Positions 36,763 to 48,525 of a stretch of 48,525 nt of DNA are shown piece by piece. Source of the stretch: Candidatus Micrarchaeota archaeon (GTDB lineage: Archaea > Micrarchaeota > Micrarchaeia > Burarchaeales > Fermentimicrarchaeaceae); assembly GCA_026396385.1 (NCBI GenBank), contig JAPLWV010000012.1, positions 1 to 48,525 on the forward strand, read 5' to 3'. How positions within the stretch are numbered: the first letter of the stretch is position 1; each line of letters starts with the position of its first letter. Made by a program: the position numbers and the translations under genes. A model generated the notes under the pieces. That model was not told the origin of the DNA, ran no database searches, and worked only from the letters and a program-made list of their open reading frames with translations.

Positions 36763-37308
36763 ATGCGAATAAAAGAATTGTTCCAAGGAATTGCAATGGG
36801 GTTAATGGATGGACTGATTACTATACTGGGTATTATTATTGGAGTTGGGATAGCAACAGATGACGCGAAAGTAGTTATAATCTCTGGATTGATAGGTGGG
36901 ATTTCAAACAGCTTCGGCACATCAATCGGTTTCTATACCTCAGAAAATGCAGAGAGGGGTCAGCAGATAGAGTTTTACAAGAGGAACAAGGGCGCTCGAA
37001 AAAACCAGCAGTACATTCACTCGCATTCGGAAATACTTGGCAGCACAGTTCTAAGCTTTATGGCAGGGGCTTTCGCCCTAATCCTACCGCTTCTTCCATT
37101 CTTCTTACTGCAGGATATAACAGCTAGCATGACCAGCTCACTTATAATCTCTGCCATGCTACTCTTTGCACTCGGGTATTACATTGGAAAGATTAACGAG
37201 ACTGACAGGTTAAGAAGTGGATTGAAGTATGCTAGTCTAGGGATCATAAGCTCCTTTATTGCTTTTATTTTAGGAGAAATTCTGAGGACTTTTATACTTG
37301 GAAAATGA
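36763..37308 (+). CDS. VIT1/CCC1 family transporter
   Basis: GLMDGLITILG, SNSFG, YTSE, LPLLPF. Confidence 0.88.
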   Translation: MRIKELFQGIAMGLMDGLITILGIIIGVGIATDDAKVVIISGLIGGISNSFGTSIGFYTSENAERGQQIEFYKRNKGARKNQQYIHSHSEILGSTVLSFMAGAFALILPLLPFFLLQDITASMTSSLIISAMLLFALGYYIGKINETDRLRSGLKYASLGIISSFIAFILGEILRTFILGK

Positions 37309-37398
37309 GGAATTCTTTAGGAATAAGACAAATAACAGCAAGCAATTATCTAAGTATTTACCGTAAGCTTTTAATAGGAGTGCACAAAAAAATATTGC

Positions 37399-37953
37399 AT
37401 GGAAAATATGGCACCAAAAAAAATGTTCTTGACTAAAGGTGTAGGGAAAGATAGGGATCCTTTATCTTCTTTTGAGCGCGCCTTGAAAGACGCTGGAATT
37501 GAGAAATGCAATCTAGTGAACGTTTCAAGCATTCTTCCTCCCAACTGCGAGGTAATGCCACGTGAGAGGGGAATTGAGCTACTTAAGCCGGGACAGATAA
37601 CCTTCGTGGTGATGAGCAGGAATTCATCGAACGAGCCAAACAGGCTCATAGCATCTTCCATTGGAGTTGCTATACCTGCCGACAGGTCCATGTACGGCTA
37701 CCTCAGCGAGTACCACTCCTTTGGGGAGACTGACGAGAAAGCCGGTGAGAAGGCGGAGGATCTGGCTGCGAGCATGCTTGCATCCACTCTTGGCATAGAC
37801 TTCGATGTGAAGCAGAGCTGGGATGAGAAGGAGCAGCTCTTCAAGCTCAGCGGAAAAATAGTCAAAACAAGGAATATCGCACAGTCAGCAATTGTTGACA
37901 AGGACGGAATGTGGATGACAGTTCTTTCCACTGCGGTTCTGCTTCTTGAGTAG
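37399..37953 (+). CDS. pdaD: Pyruvoyl-dependent arginine decarboxylase
   Basis: [20 protein letters not shown] self-cleavage site, YGYLSE. Confidence 0.93.
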   Translation: MENMAPKKMFLTKGVGKDRDPLSSFERALKDAGIEKCNLVNVSSILPPNCEVMPRERGIELLKPGQITFVVMSRNSSNEPNRLIASSIGVAIPADRSMYGYLSEYHSFGETDEKAGEKAEDLAASMLASTLGIDFDVKQSWDEKEQLFKLSGKIVKTRNIAQSAIVDKDGMWMTVLSTAVLLLE

Positions 37954-38010
37954 TTTAAAACCGATGAGAGACAACTCGGGGTGCATAAGCGCTGTGAAAT
38001 GCCCTTGATA

Positions 38011-40200
38011 CTAGTCCAGGAAATCCTGCGGTGTTGGAGGCTCTTTCTTGTCTCCTTTCCTCTCCCTTATCTGCCCCACTATCTTGTCCTGCAAATCTTT
38101 GGGCAGCCTCTCAAACCCTGCGTGTTCATAGTACCAGAGTGCCCTGCCCTGAGTTGCTCCTCTTATATCATCCGAGAACCCGAACATGTCCGCAACAGGC
38201 ACCTTTGCAGTTAGCGTCACAATTTCCTCTTCCTGCTGTATATCCAGGATCTGACCTCTCCTTGCCTGCACCTGAGCTATTATCGGACCCATGTATTCCT
38301 GAGGAGCCTGAACAAGCAGCTTCTGCTTTGGCTCGAGAAGAACAGTTCCTGCTATAAGCATAGCAGCGTATATGGGTCTCTTTATTGCAGGTATTATCTG
38401 GGCAGGACCCCTGTGAACAGGATCCTCATGAATTGTAGCATCTGTTATTTTCACCTTGACCCCCATCACTTTCTCCTTTGCCAGTGGTCCAAGGTTCACC
38501 GCTTCCTCAAAACCCTGCATGAGGAGCTCCATCACTTCATTCATATACTGAATTCCCCTTGTCATATCGATGAGGACGCACTTGTTGGAAACATCCTTGA
38601 CATTCTTCGCCTCTTCCCTGTTCATTCCGCCCTCTATGAAGACGTCAACCAGTTTCTTTCCTTTGGGCTTTCCATCGGGAATCTCACCCTCAACCATCTT
38701 CTTGTAGACTCCTTCCTCGAGGGGCTCAACAATAACCTTGAATTTGCTGTGCTTGTTCGGTGACTTACCCTCAACAGGCCCTGCAGAACCGATGATGTTT
38801 TCCCTGTAGACCACGATTGGTTTTGAGGTCTCTATCTCAATCTTCGCATCCTTCAGCAGCTTGTATTCTATAATCTCCAAGTGAAGCTCGCCCATCCCAG
38901 ATATGAGGTGCTCGCCGGTCTCCTGATTTATCTCAATCTTTATGGTGGGATCCTCCTTCGCGAGCCTTCTGAGCGCCTCGACAAGTTTTACCAGGTCCTT
39001 GGTGTTCTTGGCTTCTATTGATTTTGTGACAACTGGCTCAGAGGAGTGCTTTATCTGCTCGAATGGCTCTATCTTCTCCTCGCTCACAGTCTCTCCAACA
39101 TAGAGATTGCGGAGCCCAACGACTGCAGCTATGTTTCCAGCCGGGACCTCGTCCACCATAACCCTGTCCGGCCCCATGTATACTCCAACCTGCTGGATTT
39201 TCTCAACTGAGAGAGTCGATGCAATATTCACCTCAACCCCTTTCTTTGCAGTCCCTGAGAAAACTCTTCCGACTCCTACCTCGCCGGCATGCTCATCCAT
39301 CACAACTCCGAATATTATCATGCACAGCTTGCCTTTGGGGTCGCAATTGATCATGTCCTTCCCAGAAGTGCTGTTCAAATCGCCTTTCCAGAGAGTTTGA
39401 ATTCTGTACTTCTGCGCAACTGCGGGATTGGGAAGGTGAGTGATTGCCATCTCAAGCAATACTTCCTCAAGAGGTGCTTTTTCAACAAGCGATTTATGGT
39501 CCTCAACGCTGCAGTATTTGTATATATCCTTGAAAGTCAGCTTCGTCTTCTGCATGCAGGGGAAGCTCAGTCCCCACTTGTTGTAAGCAGAACCGAATGC
39601 CACATTGCCCTTCTCAACCTTTATGAGCCACTCCTCCTTGAATTCCTTGGAGCCATATCGGGTTATCAAATCATTTACAGACTTTATTATCTTGACAAGC
39701 CTCTCCTGCATGTCTTCAGGCCCCAATTTCAACTCATTTATCAGTCTGTCAATCTTGTTTATGAAGAGAACCGGTTTTGCTTTCTCCTTCATGGCCTGCC
39801 TCAAGACAGTTTCAGTCTGCGGCATAACCCCTTCCACTGAATCTATGACAAGTATAACACCGTCAATTGCCCTCATGGCTCTTGTGACATGCCCTCCGAA
39901 GTCTATGTGGCCTGGCGTGTCTATGAGGTTTACGAGGTAATCCTTTCCCCCATAGTGGAACCCCAGCGATATGTCTGATGCCTTTATTGTCATGCTCCTC
40001 TGCTGCTCTATCTCCTCCGAGTCCATCACTTTGAGCTCTCCTGCCAAATCCTTCGATATGAGTCCTGCACCTGCCACAAGCGAGTCAGTCAGTGTGGTTT
40101 TGCCATGGTCCACATGGGCGATTATTGCTACATTCCTTATATACTCTGGTCGGTACATGAGTTTCTGAATTTCTTCTACGACAAACTCCTTTCTGACCAT
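38011..40200 (-). CDS. fusA: Elongation factor EF-2
   Basis: AHVDHGKTT, DTPGH, NKID, SGMGELHL, diphthamide loop HEDPVHRGPAQI. Confidence 0.98.
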   Translation of the reverse strand: MVRKEFVVEEIQKLMYRPEYIRNVAIIAHVDHGKTTLTDSLVAGAGLISKDLAGELKVMDSEEIEQQRSMTIKASDISLGFHYGGKDYLVNLIDTPGHIDFGGHVTRAMRAIDGVILVIDSVEGVMPQTETVLRQAMKEKAKPVLFINKIDRLINELKLGPEDMQERLVKIIKSVNDLITRYGSKEFKEEWLIKVEKGNVAFGSAYNKWGLSFPCMQKTKLTFKDIYKYCSVEDHKSLVEKAPLEEVLLEMAITHLPNPAVAQKYRIQTLWKGDLNSTSGKDMINCDPKGKLCMIIFGVVMDEHAGEVGVGRVFSGTAKKGVEVNIASTLSVEKIQQVGVYMGPDRVMVDEVPAGNIAAVVGLRNLYVGETVSEEKIEPFEQIKHSSEPVVTKSIEAKNTKDLVKLVEALRRLAKEDPTIKIEINQETGEHLISGMGELHLEIIEYKLLKDAKIEIETSKPIVVYRENIIGSAGPVEGKSPNKHSKFKVIVEPLEEGVYKKMVEGEIPDGKPKGKKLVDVFIEGGMNREEAKNVKDVSNKCVLIDMTRGIQYMNEVMELLMQGFEEAVNLGPLAKEKVMGVKVKITDATIHEDPVHRGPAQIIPAIKRPIYAAMLIAGTVLLEPKQKLLVQAPQEYMGPIIAQVQARRGQILDIQQEEEIVTLTAKVPVADMFGFSDDIRGATQGRALWYYEHAGFERLPKDLQDKIVGQIRERKGDKKEPPTPQDFLD

Positions 40201-40217
40201 AGAATCACCAAAGGAGA

Positions 40218-40820
40218 TTACCTGGCGCTCCTAGCCATTCTCTCAGTCTCATCCCTCTTCTTTATTGCATAGCTGTTCTGGTCGTTCTTTGCAGCAAGGG
40301 TAATTTCATCCGAAAGCGCCTGCGCGAGGGTCTTCTTCTTATCAAAAGCACCCATGATTGCAGCCAGGCTGAGGTTCCTCAGCGCCATGTCTAGCCTCCT
40401 GCTGGCTGAAACATCAACCGCAACCTGATAGGAGACACCTCCATACTGCACCCTTGTAGTATCCTCCCTTGGGGCAGTGTTCTGGATGGCATCAACAAGA
40501 ACCTGCACGGGGTTGAATTTGGTCGCCTTTGCTATTGAGTCGAAAGCCTCCTCCACAATTTTCATTGCCTTGAACTTCTTGCCCTGCAGCCTTCCGTGGG
40601 TCCTTATAACTTTGCCTGATGTTTTCTCACCAGTGCCTCCCCTCATGAGCTTGTTCACCAGCCTCTCCACAACATTCACCTTCATCTTCCCGAACTGCTT
40701 GTCCCCGTGCCTGCCGTGGGAGTGCGGTATTGAAACTGGAGTCAGATCAAGATACTTGCTGAGGCTTGGGTCAATGACCTTAACCTCTGATGTATCATAT
40801 TTTCCGAAAATCTTTTCCAT
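40218..40820 (-). CDS. rps7: 30S ribosomal protein S7
   Basis: VERLVNKLM, APREDTTR, AVDVS..RRLD.A, ERMARSAR. Confidence 0.97.
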   Translation of the reverse strand: MEKIFGKYDTSEVKVIDPSLSKYLDLTPVSIPHSHGRHGDKQFGKMKVNVVERLVNKLMRGGTGEKTSGKVIRTHGRLQGKKFKAMKIVEEAFDSIAKATKFNPVQVLVDAIQNTAPREDTTRVQYGGVSYQVAVDVSASRRLDMALRNLSLAAIMGAFDKKKTLAQALSDEITLAAKNDQNSYAIKKRDETERMARSAR

Positions 40821-40825
40821 TGAAA

Positions 40826-41254
40826 CTACCTCTTTGGCTTCTCCCTCTTTCCAACTCTCACGTCTTCAAGCGGTACGCCGTTTACGGCAACTACTTTATG
40901 CCTCACTCCAGGTATGGAACCCATCTGCCCCCTCTGGGAGCCTCCAAGTCCCTCCACTGTTACCTCATCGTGCTCATCTATGAAGCTTATTGCACCGTCT
41001 TTTGGAGCGAAAGCAGTGATTACCTTGCCGCTCCTTATGAGCTGAACTTTCACGCATTTTATAAGACCGGAGTGAGGCTGCTTCTGCTCAAGAGCCTTCT
41101 TTTCCAAAACAATTCCCTTGGCCTGGGGAGAACCTTCAAGTGGGTCGAACTTATCCTTAAGCCTAAGCTTTTTCCTCTTCCAGGATTTTTTCAACCATCT
41201 CATCTTCTTTCTTCTCCTCTGCATATCCCTTCCTGCAAATTCTCCTAGTCCCAT
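40826..41254 (-). CDS. rps12: 30S ribosomal protein S12
   Basis: [37 protein letters not shown]. Confidence 0.97.
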   Translation of the reverse strand: MGLGEFAGRDMQRRRKKMRWLKKSWKRKKLRLKDKFDPLEGSPQAKGIVLEKKALEQKQPHSGLIKCVKVQLIRSGKVITAFAPKDGAISFIDEHDEVTVEGLGGSQRGQMGSIPGVRHKVVAVNGVPLEDVRVGKREKPKR

Positions 41255-41263
41255 ACAAGCACC

Positions 41264-41680
41264 TTAGATCAATTTTAAATCCATGTTGAAGTATCTCTGC
41301 ATCAGCATCCTTGCCAGCTTGACTCTCTCACCATTCCTCCCAATTGCGGCACCCCTGTCACGGGGGTCAACGGTCACATAGGCAACCTTGCCGCCATCTG
41401 CTTCCTCAATTTTGAGGTTTTTTATTTCGATGCTGGAGAATATATTCCTTACGAATCTCTCCGGGTCATCCGCATGCTCAACAACGTCAACCTTTCTCTT
41501 GAAAGCATCCTTGACGCGCATTATTGCGCTTCCGCCCTTCCCAATTGCCCTTCCGAGCTCACCTTCGCTCACGACGAAAACTGCACTGTCTTTGCTTATC
41601 ACGCAGTCCCTCACCGATGCGCCAGTAAGTTGCTGGAAGAGCGAGATGCATTTTATGTCGTCATTGTTCAACTTTACCAA
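41264..41680 (-). CDS. nusA: Archaeal NusA (two KH domains)
   Basis: AIGKGG and AIGRNG KH motifs; conserved operon position. Confidence 0.95.
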   Translation of the reverse strand: MVKLNNDDIKCISLFQQLTGASVRDCVISKDSAVFVVSEGELGRAIGKGGSAIMRVKDAFKRKVDVVEHADDPERFVRNIFSSIEIKNLKIEEADGGKVAYVTVDPRDRGAAIGRNGERVKLARMLMQRYFNMDLKLI

Positions 41681-41684
41681 GCAA

Positions 41685-41984
41685 TCACTTCACGAGCTCT
41701 AGTACGTTTGAGTTTCCGGGGTCATGTATGCTCAATGCAGAAATCGGGAATGGCTTTCCGCATAAGGAGCCTAACTCCAGAGAAGTCTCGCTGGACATAT
41801 AGACAGCCGTTTTGGACAACTTAGAATAATATGTAATATCTTCTTTAAATTTCTTTGGGCAATTGCTTGAGATAATTATCAGTCTTGCCTCTCCGCTTGA
41901 AGCGAGGCGCAGGGCGCTCTTCACTCCGAAATCCACTTTTCCTGTATCCACGGCCATTCTTATTGCTTTATCTATACCCGCCAT
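41685..41984 (-). CDS. rpl30e: 50S ribosomal protein L30e
   Basis: AVDTGKV.FG, ELGSLCGKPF, I.DPGNS. Confidence 0.96.
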   Translation of the reverse strand: MAGIDKAIRMAVDTGKVDFGVKSALRLASSGEARLIIISSNCPKKFKEDITYYSKLSKTAVYMSSETSLELGSLCGKPFPISALSIHDPGNSNVLELVK

Positions 41985-41988
41985 CTGA

Positions 41989-45538
<3,550 letters not shown>

Positions 45539-45542
45539 CCTA

Positions 45543-47369
45543 TCACGCCTTGTCTTTCAGAATAATTCTTGGGAACACCCCAATTGCCTTTATCTCGTCC
45601 AACAGAAGCTTGAATGCATAGCTTATCTCGATTGCATAGAGTTCATTTGATTCCGAGCACAGGGGGCAGTAGCTCTTGTTCCTTATGTAATCTGTGACTG
45701 CAACAGAGCCGCATTTGGCGCATACGAGCTCGGTGGTCTTGTCAGACTCCTCTAGCATCCTCTCCTTGAGAAGCATGCTTGCTCCATGGCCTATGAGGCA
45801 GTCTCTTTCCATCTCGCCAAACCTTAGACCGCCCTCCCTTGCCCTTCCCTCAGTCGGCTGGTGGGTGAGAAGCTGGACAGGTCCTCTGCTCCTCACATGC
45901 ATCTTGTTTGAAACCAGATGATGCAGCTTCTGGTAGTAAACAACTCCGATGAATATCTCCGCGTTTATCGCCTCTCCGCTTATTCCATCATAAAGCCTCT
46001 CCTCTCCGTTCTTCTTGAAGCCGTAGTTCTCAAGTATTTTTGAGAAGCTTTCCTCCTTGTCTCCGTTGAATGCCGTCGCATCCATTGTTTTTCCATTCAT
46101 GCAGGCAGCCTTTCCTCCTAGCATCTCTAGTATGTGGCCTGCAGTCATCCTTGATGGAATTGCGTGTGGGTTTATTATTAAATCGGGAACTACTCCCTGC
46201 TCGCTGAATGGCATATCTTCTTGGTTTGCCAGCAGGCCTATAACCCCCTTCTGCCCATGCCTTGAAGCGAACTTGTCTCCGGGCTCAGGCACTTTCACGC
46301 TTCTTACCTTAACCTTGACGAGCTTATTTCCTGATGGACTTTCGGTAAGCAGGATCGAATCAACAAAACCCTCCTCGCCCTCTTTCACAACCGCGGAGTT
46401 CTCCCTCTTCTTCTCCTCGGCAATGCCAAATCCGCTGACCTCCTCCAAGAATCTTGGTGGTGAAGTTTTTCCGACGAGCACGTCCCTTGCTTTCACTTCT
46501 GCCTCTGGGAATATTATGCCATCCTCTCCAAGCTTGGAGTACATGGCTTCCTCCCTGTAGCCTGCAACCGTAGGCTGGGGAATCTCGAACTTGTCCTTCT
46601 GACCTCCGGGGTATCTCCTCTCCTCCGTCTCATAAGTCTTGTAGAAGGCAGACCTCGCCAGAGCCCTGTCGACTGAATTCCTGTTCATCACAACCCCGTC
46701 TCCCATATTGTATCCGTAGTAAGTGGCAACTGCAACTACGAAGTTCTGGCCGGCTGGTCTTTTTGAGAATTTAAGGGTTCTGTAAGGCCTTGACTGAACA
46801 AGCGGTGCCTGTGGGTAGTACATGATGTGCGCCCTTGAATCCATCCTCAGGTTGAAATTGCTCGCATAGAGACCAAGGGACTGCTTGCTCATTGCACAAG
46901 CCATTGTAATCCTTGGTGATGAATTGTATTCCGGGAAGGGCAACTGGGCAACGGTAACTCCAACTATCGAAACAGGGTCTATCTCAAGGTGGGTGTGCTC
47001 CTCGGTGAGCTCCTCCTCTCTTGTAGCAACATAGGCATTCTCCTCTTCCTCTGCATCCAGGTATTCTATAATGCCGTTGCTCACAAAGTATTCCCAGGTG
47101 ACCTCCTTCTTCCCCAGCTTTTCAACTATTTCCGACGTGAGCTTGCTCTTTCCATTCTCAACAATAATATAGGGCCTTCTTGCCCTTCCGCTGTCCGTGT
47201 TTATGTAGAGTGATTTTTCCCTCGGGAAGTGGGCGAAGTTGACCTGCTTGTTTATTATGCCAGTCCTCCTCTTCTCCCGGAGCGAGTCCACTAGTTTGCC
47301 ACCATTCTCATGAAATCCAAGAAGTCTACCATTCAGGTATACGGCAGTCTTATGCTTCGTTTTTTCCAT
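45543..47369 (-). CDS. rpoB1: DNA-directed RNA polymerase subunit B' (C-terminal half of split Rpo2)
   Basis: GDKFASRHGQKG, NPHAIPSRMT, GGLRFGEMERD; start set at ATG 47369 behind GAGTGA RBS (alternative 47390). Confidence 0.96.
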   Translation of the reverse strand: MEKTKHKTAVYLNGRLLGFHENGGKLVDSLREKRRTGIINKQVNFAHFPREKSLYINTDSGRARRPYIIVENGKSKLTSEIVEKLGKKEVTWEYFVSNGIIEYLDAEEEENAYVATREEELTEEHTHLEIDPVSIVGVTVAQLPFPEYNSSPRITMACAMSKQSLGLYASNFNLRMDSRAHIMYYPQAPLVQSRPYRTLKFSKRPAGQNFVVAVATYYGYNMGDGVVMNRNSVDRALARSAFYKTYETEERRYPGGQKDKFEIPQPTVAGYREEAMYSKLGEDGIIFPEAEVKARDVLVGKTSPPRFLEEVSGFGIAEEKKRENSAVVKEGEEGFVDSILLTESPSGNKLVKVKVRSVKVPEPGDKFASRHGQKGVIGLLANQEDMPFSEQGVVPDLIINPHAIPSRMTAGHILEMLGGKAACMNGKTMDATAFNGDKEESFSKILENYGFKKNGEERLYDGISGEAINAEIFIGVVYYQKLHHLVSNKMHVRSRGPVQLLTHQPTEGRAREGGLRFGEMERDCLIGHGASMLLKERMLEESDKTTELVCAKCGSVAVTDYIRNKSYCPLCSESNELYAIEISYAFKLLLDEIKAIGVFPRIILKDKA

Positions 47370-47373
47370 ATAA

Positions 47374-48525
47374 TCACTCAATTTTGACATTCATCTTCTT
47401 CAGCAGACCCTCGATTGTGGCTTCGTTTTCACCTGTCGATATGTCGCAGAGTAGAGACATGTTCTTCACAAGTGCGCATGAGGGGCCTTCAGGTGATTCG
47501 TTAGGGCAGAGCTTGCCCCAGTGCGTCCCGTGAAGGTCTCTTGCCTTGAAGTGCGGGTGCCTCCTGCTGAGTGGTGAAATTATTCTCCTAAGATGTGAAA
47601 CAGTTGAGAGATAGTTGGTTCTGTCAAGCAACTGCGAAACTCCCGTCTGCCCAGCGATCCAGTTGCCTGTCGCCATTGAGTACCTTATCCTCTCAGTAAG
47701 CGCATCGGGCCTCACAAGAGTCTGTATGACCAGCTTTCTGCCCCTTGCAGATGCTCTCTCAACCTGATAGGCGATATCTTTTATCAGGAACTGGAAGGCA
47801 TACCTGAAGAGCTCCTCCATCAAATTTCCAGCGAGCTTTATCCTCTTGTTCGCATAATGGTCCTTGTCATCAGATGCTGTATTTCCGCATGCGACTTCTA
47901 TTGCCTTCTCAGTCATCTTGCAGAGGTAGTATGCTTTCGCAATCCTCATGCTCGGCTCCACACTGATGTGCGGCAGGAGGTAGTTGTCAAGCAGTATCTC
48001 AGCCCTCTTGAGCTGGTACACCTTAGCCTGCCCGACAGCAGCTTTCTTTCCAATTGCCTCAAGTGCATTCTGGGTTCCTGTAGTCTGATCAACTTCCATA
48101 TTGAGCAGCATGTCATTCTGCACTTCAAGTTCGTCGCTGAATGAGTTGAGTATCTCCTGATTCGGATGCAGACCAAGCGCTCTCAGCACAGTTATCAGGT
48201 TCAAATCCTTTGGCGCTGCTGGGAAGACCACTGAAAGCTCCCCATTGGTGCTCCTCTCCACAACGCACCTTGCCCTGAAGCCAAATCTTGTAGAGAAAAC
48301 TTTTGAAGTAATGAGCGCTCCATCCTTCTCCTTTGAAACCATTATCCTGTTTGGAGCCAAATCTTCTATGCTGACGAGCACCCTCTCGCTTCCGTTTATT
48401 ATGAAGTAACCGCCTGGGTCTTGCGGGTCCTCCCCTGCTTCAATCAACTCGTCCTCAGTCATGTTGTCCAGATGGCACAGCTTTGATTTAAGCATCACAG
48501 GAAGTTCCCCGATGAATACCTCCTG
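47374..48525 (-). CDS. rpoB2: DNA-directed RNA polymerase subunit B'' (N-terminal half of split Rpo2), 5'-truncated by the window
   Basis: GGYFIINGSER, DDKDHYANKR, GVSQLLDR, SHLRR, ARDLH, CPNESPEG. Confidence 0.96.
   Translation of the reverse strand, partial: QEVFIGELPVMLKSKLCHLDNMTEDELIEAGEDPQDPGGYFIINGSERVLVSIEDLAPNRIMVSKEKDGALITSKVFSTRFGFRARCVVERSTNGELSVVFPAAPKDLNLITVLRALGLHPNQEILNSFSDELEVQNDMLLNMEVDQTTGTQNALEAIGKKAAVGQAKVYQLKRAEILLDNYLLPHISVEPSMRIAKAYYLCKMTEKAIEVACGNTASDDKDHYANKRIKLAGNLMEELFRYAFQFLIKDIAYQVERASARGRKLVIQTLVRPDALTERIRYSMATGNWIAGQTGVSQLLDRTNYLSTVSHLRRIISPLSRRHPHFKARDLHGTHWGKLCPNESPEGPSCALVKNMSLLCDISTGENEATIEGLLKKMNVKIE

Noticed and set aside
37960-38010. Possible second C/D sRNA or stem-loops between convergent pdaD and fusA
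   Set aside because: No D' box and the second guide is too short. The short stems (CCGA/TCGG, GCAT/ATGC) are better explained as terminator-like or chance.
47369-47390. Frameshift or pseudogene reading of the rpoB break
   Set aside because: The break is at the usual B''/B' position with an RBS and ATG, consistent with a natural split gene.

Overview
Archaeal chromosomal core region, most consistent with a DPANN lineage such as Micrarchaeota. This is an inference from the split RpoB, the short RpoA'', the QxSxE-type pilin cluster and GGTGA/GGAGGTG RBS motifs. Informational genes: enolase-NAC, S3ae-S15, ValRS, aCPSF1-PsmB-FKBP, L40e, and rpoB''-B'-A'-A''-L30e-nusA-S12-S7-EF2. Four intronless tRNAs lack encoded CCA (His, Leu, Thr, Pro). 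Metabolic genes: DUF39-CBS/NIL-ferredoxin/UPF0280 sulfide-homocysteine module, tdh-kbl, thyX, glmS, pdxST, sufS and pdaD. There is also a seven-gene class III signal peptide (pilin) operon facing a TadC-like gene. The two best unannotated signals are non-coding. (1) An orphan IS200/IS605 right end / TnpB omegaRNA-like scaffold, with no tnpA/tnpB in the window, sits directly upstream of rpl40e (28328-28529, minus). (2) A dual-guide box C/D sRNA (15364-15424) has non-canonical boxes with compensatory changes, and its guides fit 23S rRNA G2251 and U2438 (E. coli numbering) by the N+5 rule. No CRISPR array, rRNA gene, integrase or transposase was seen.
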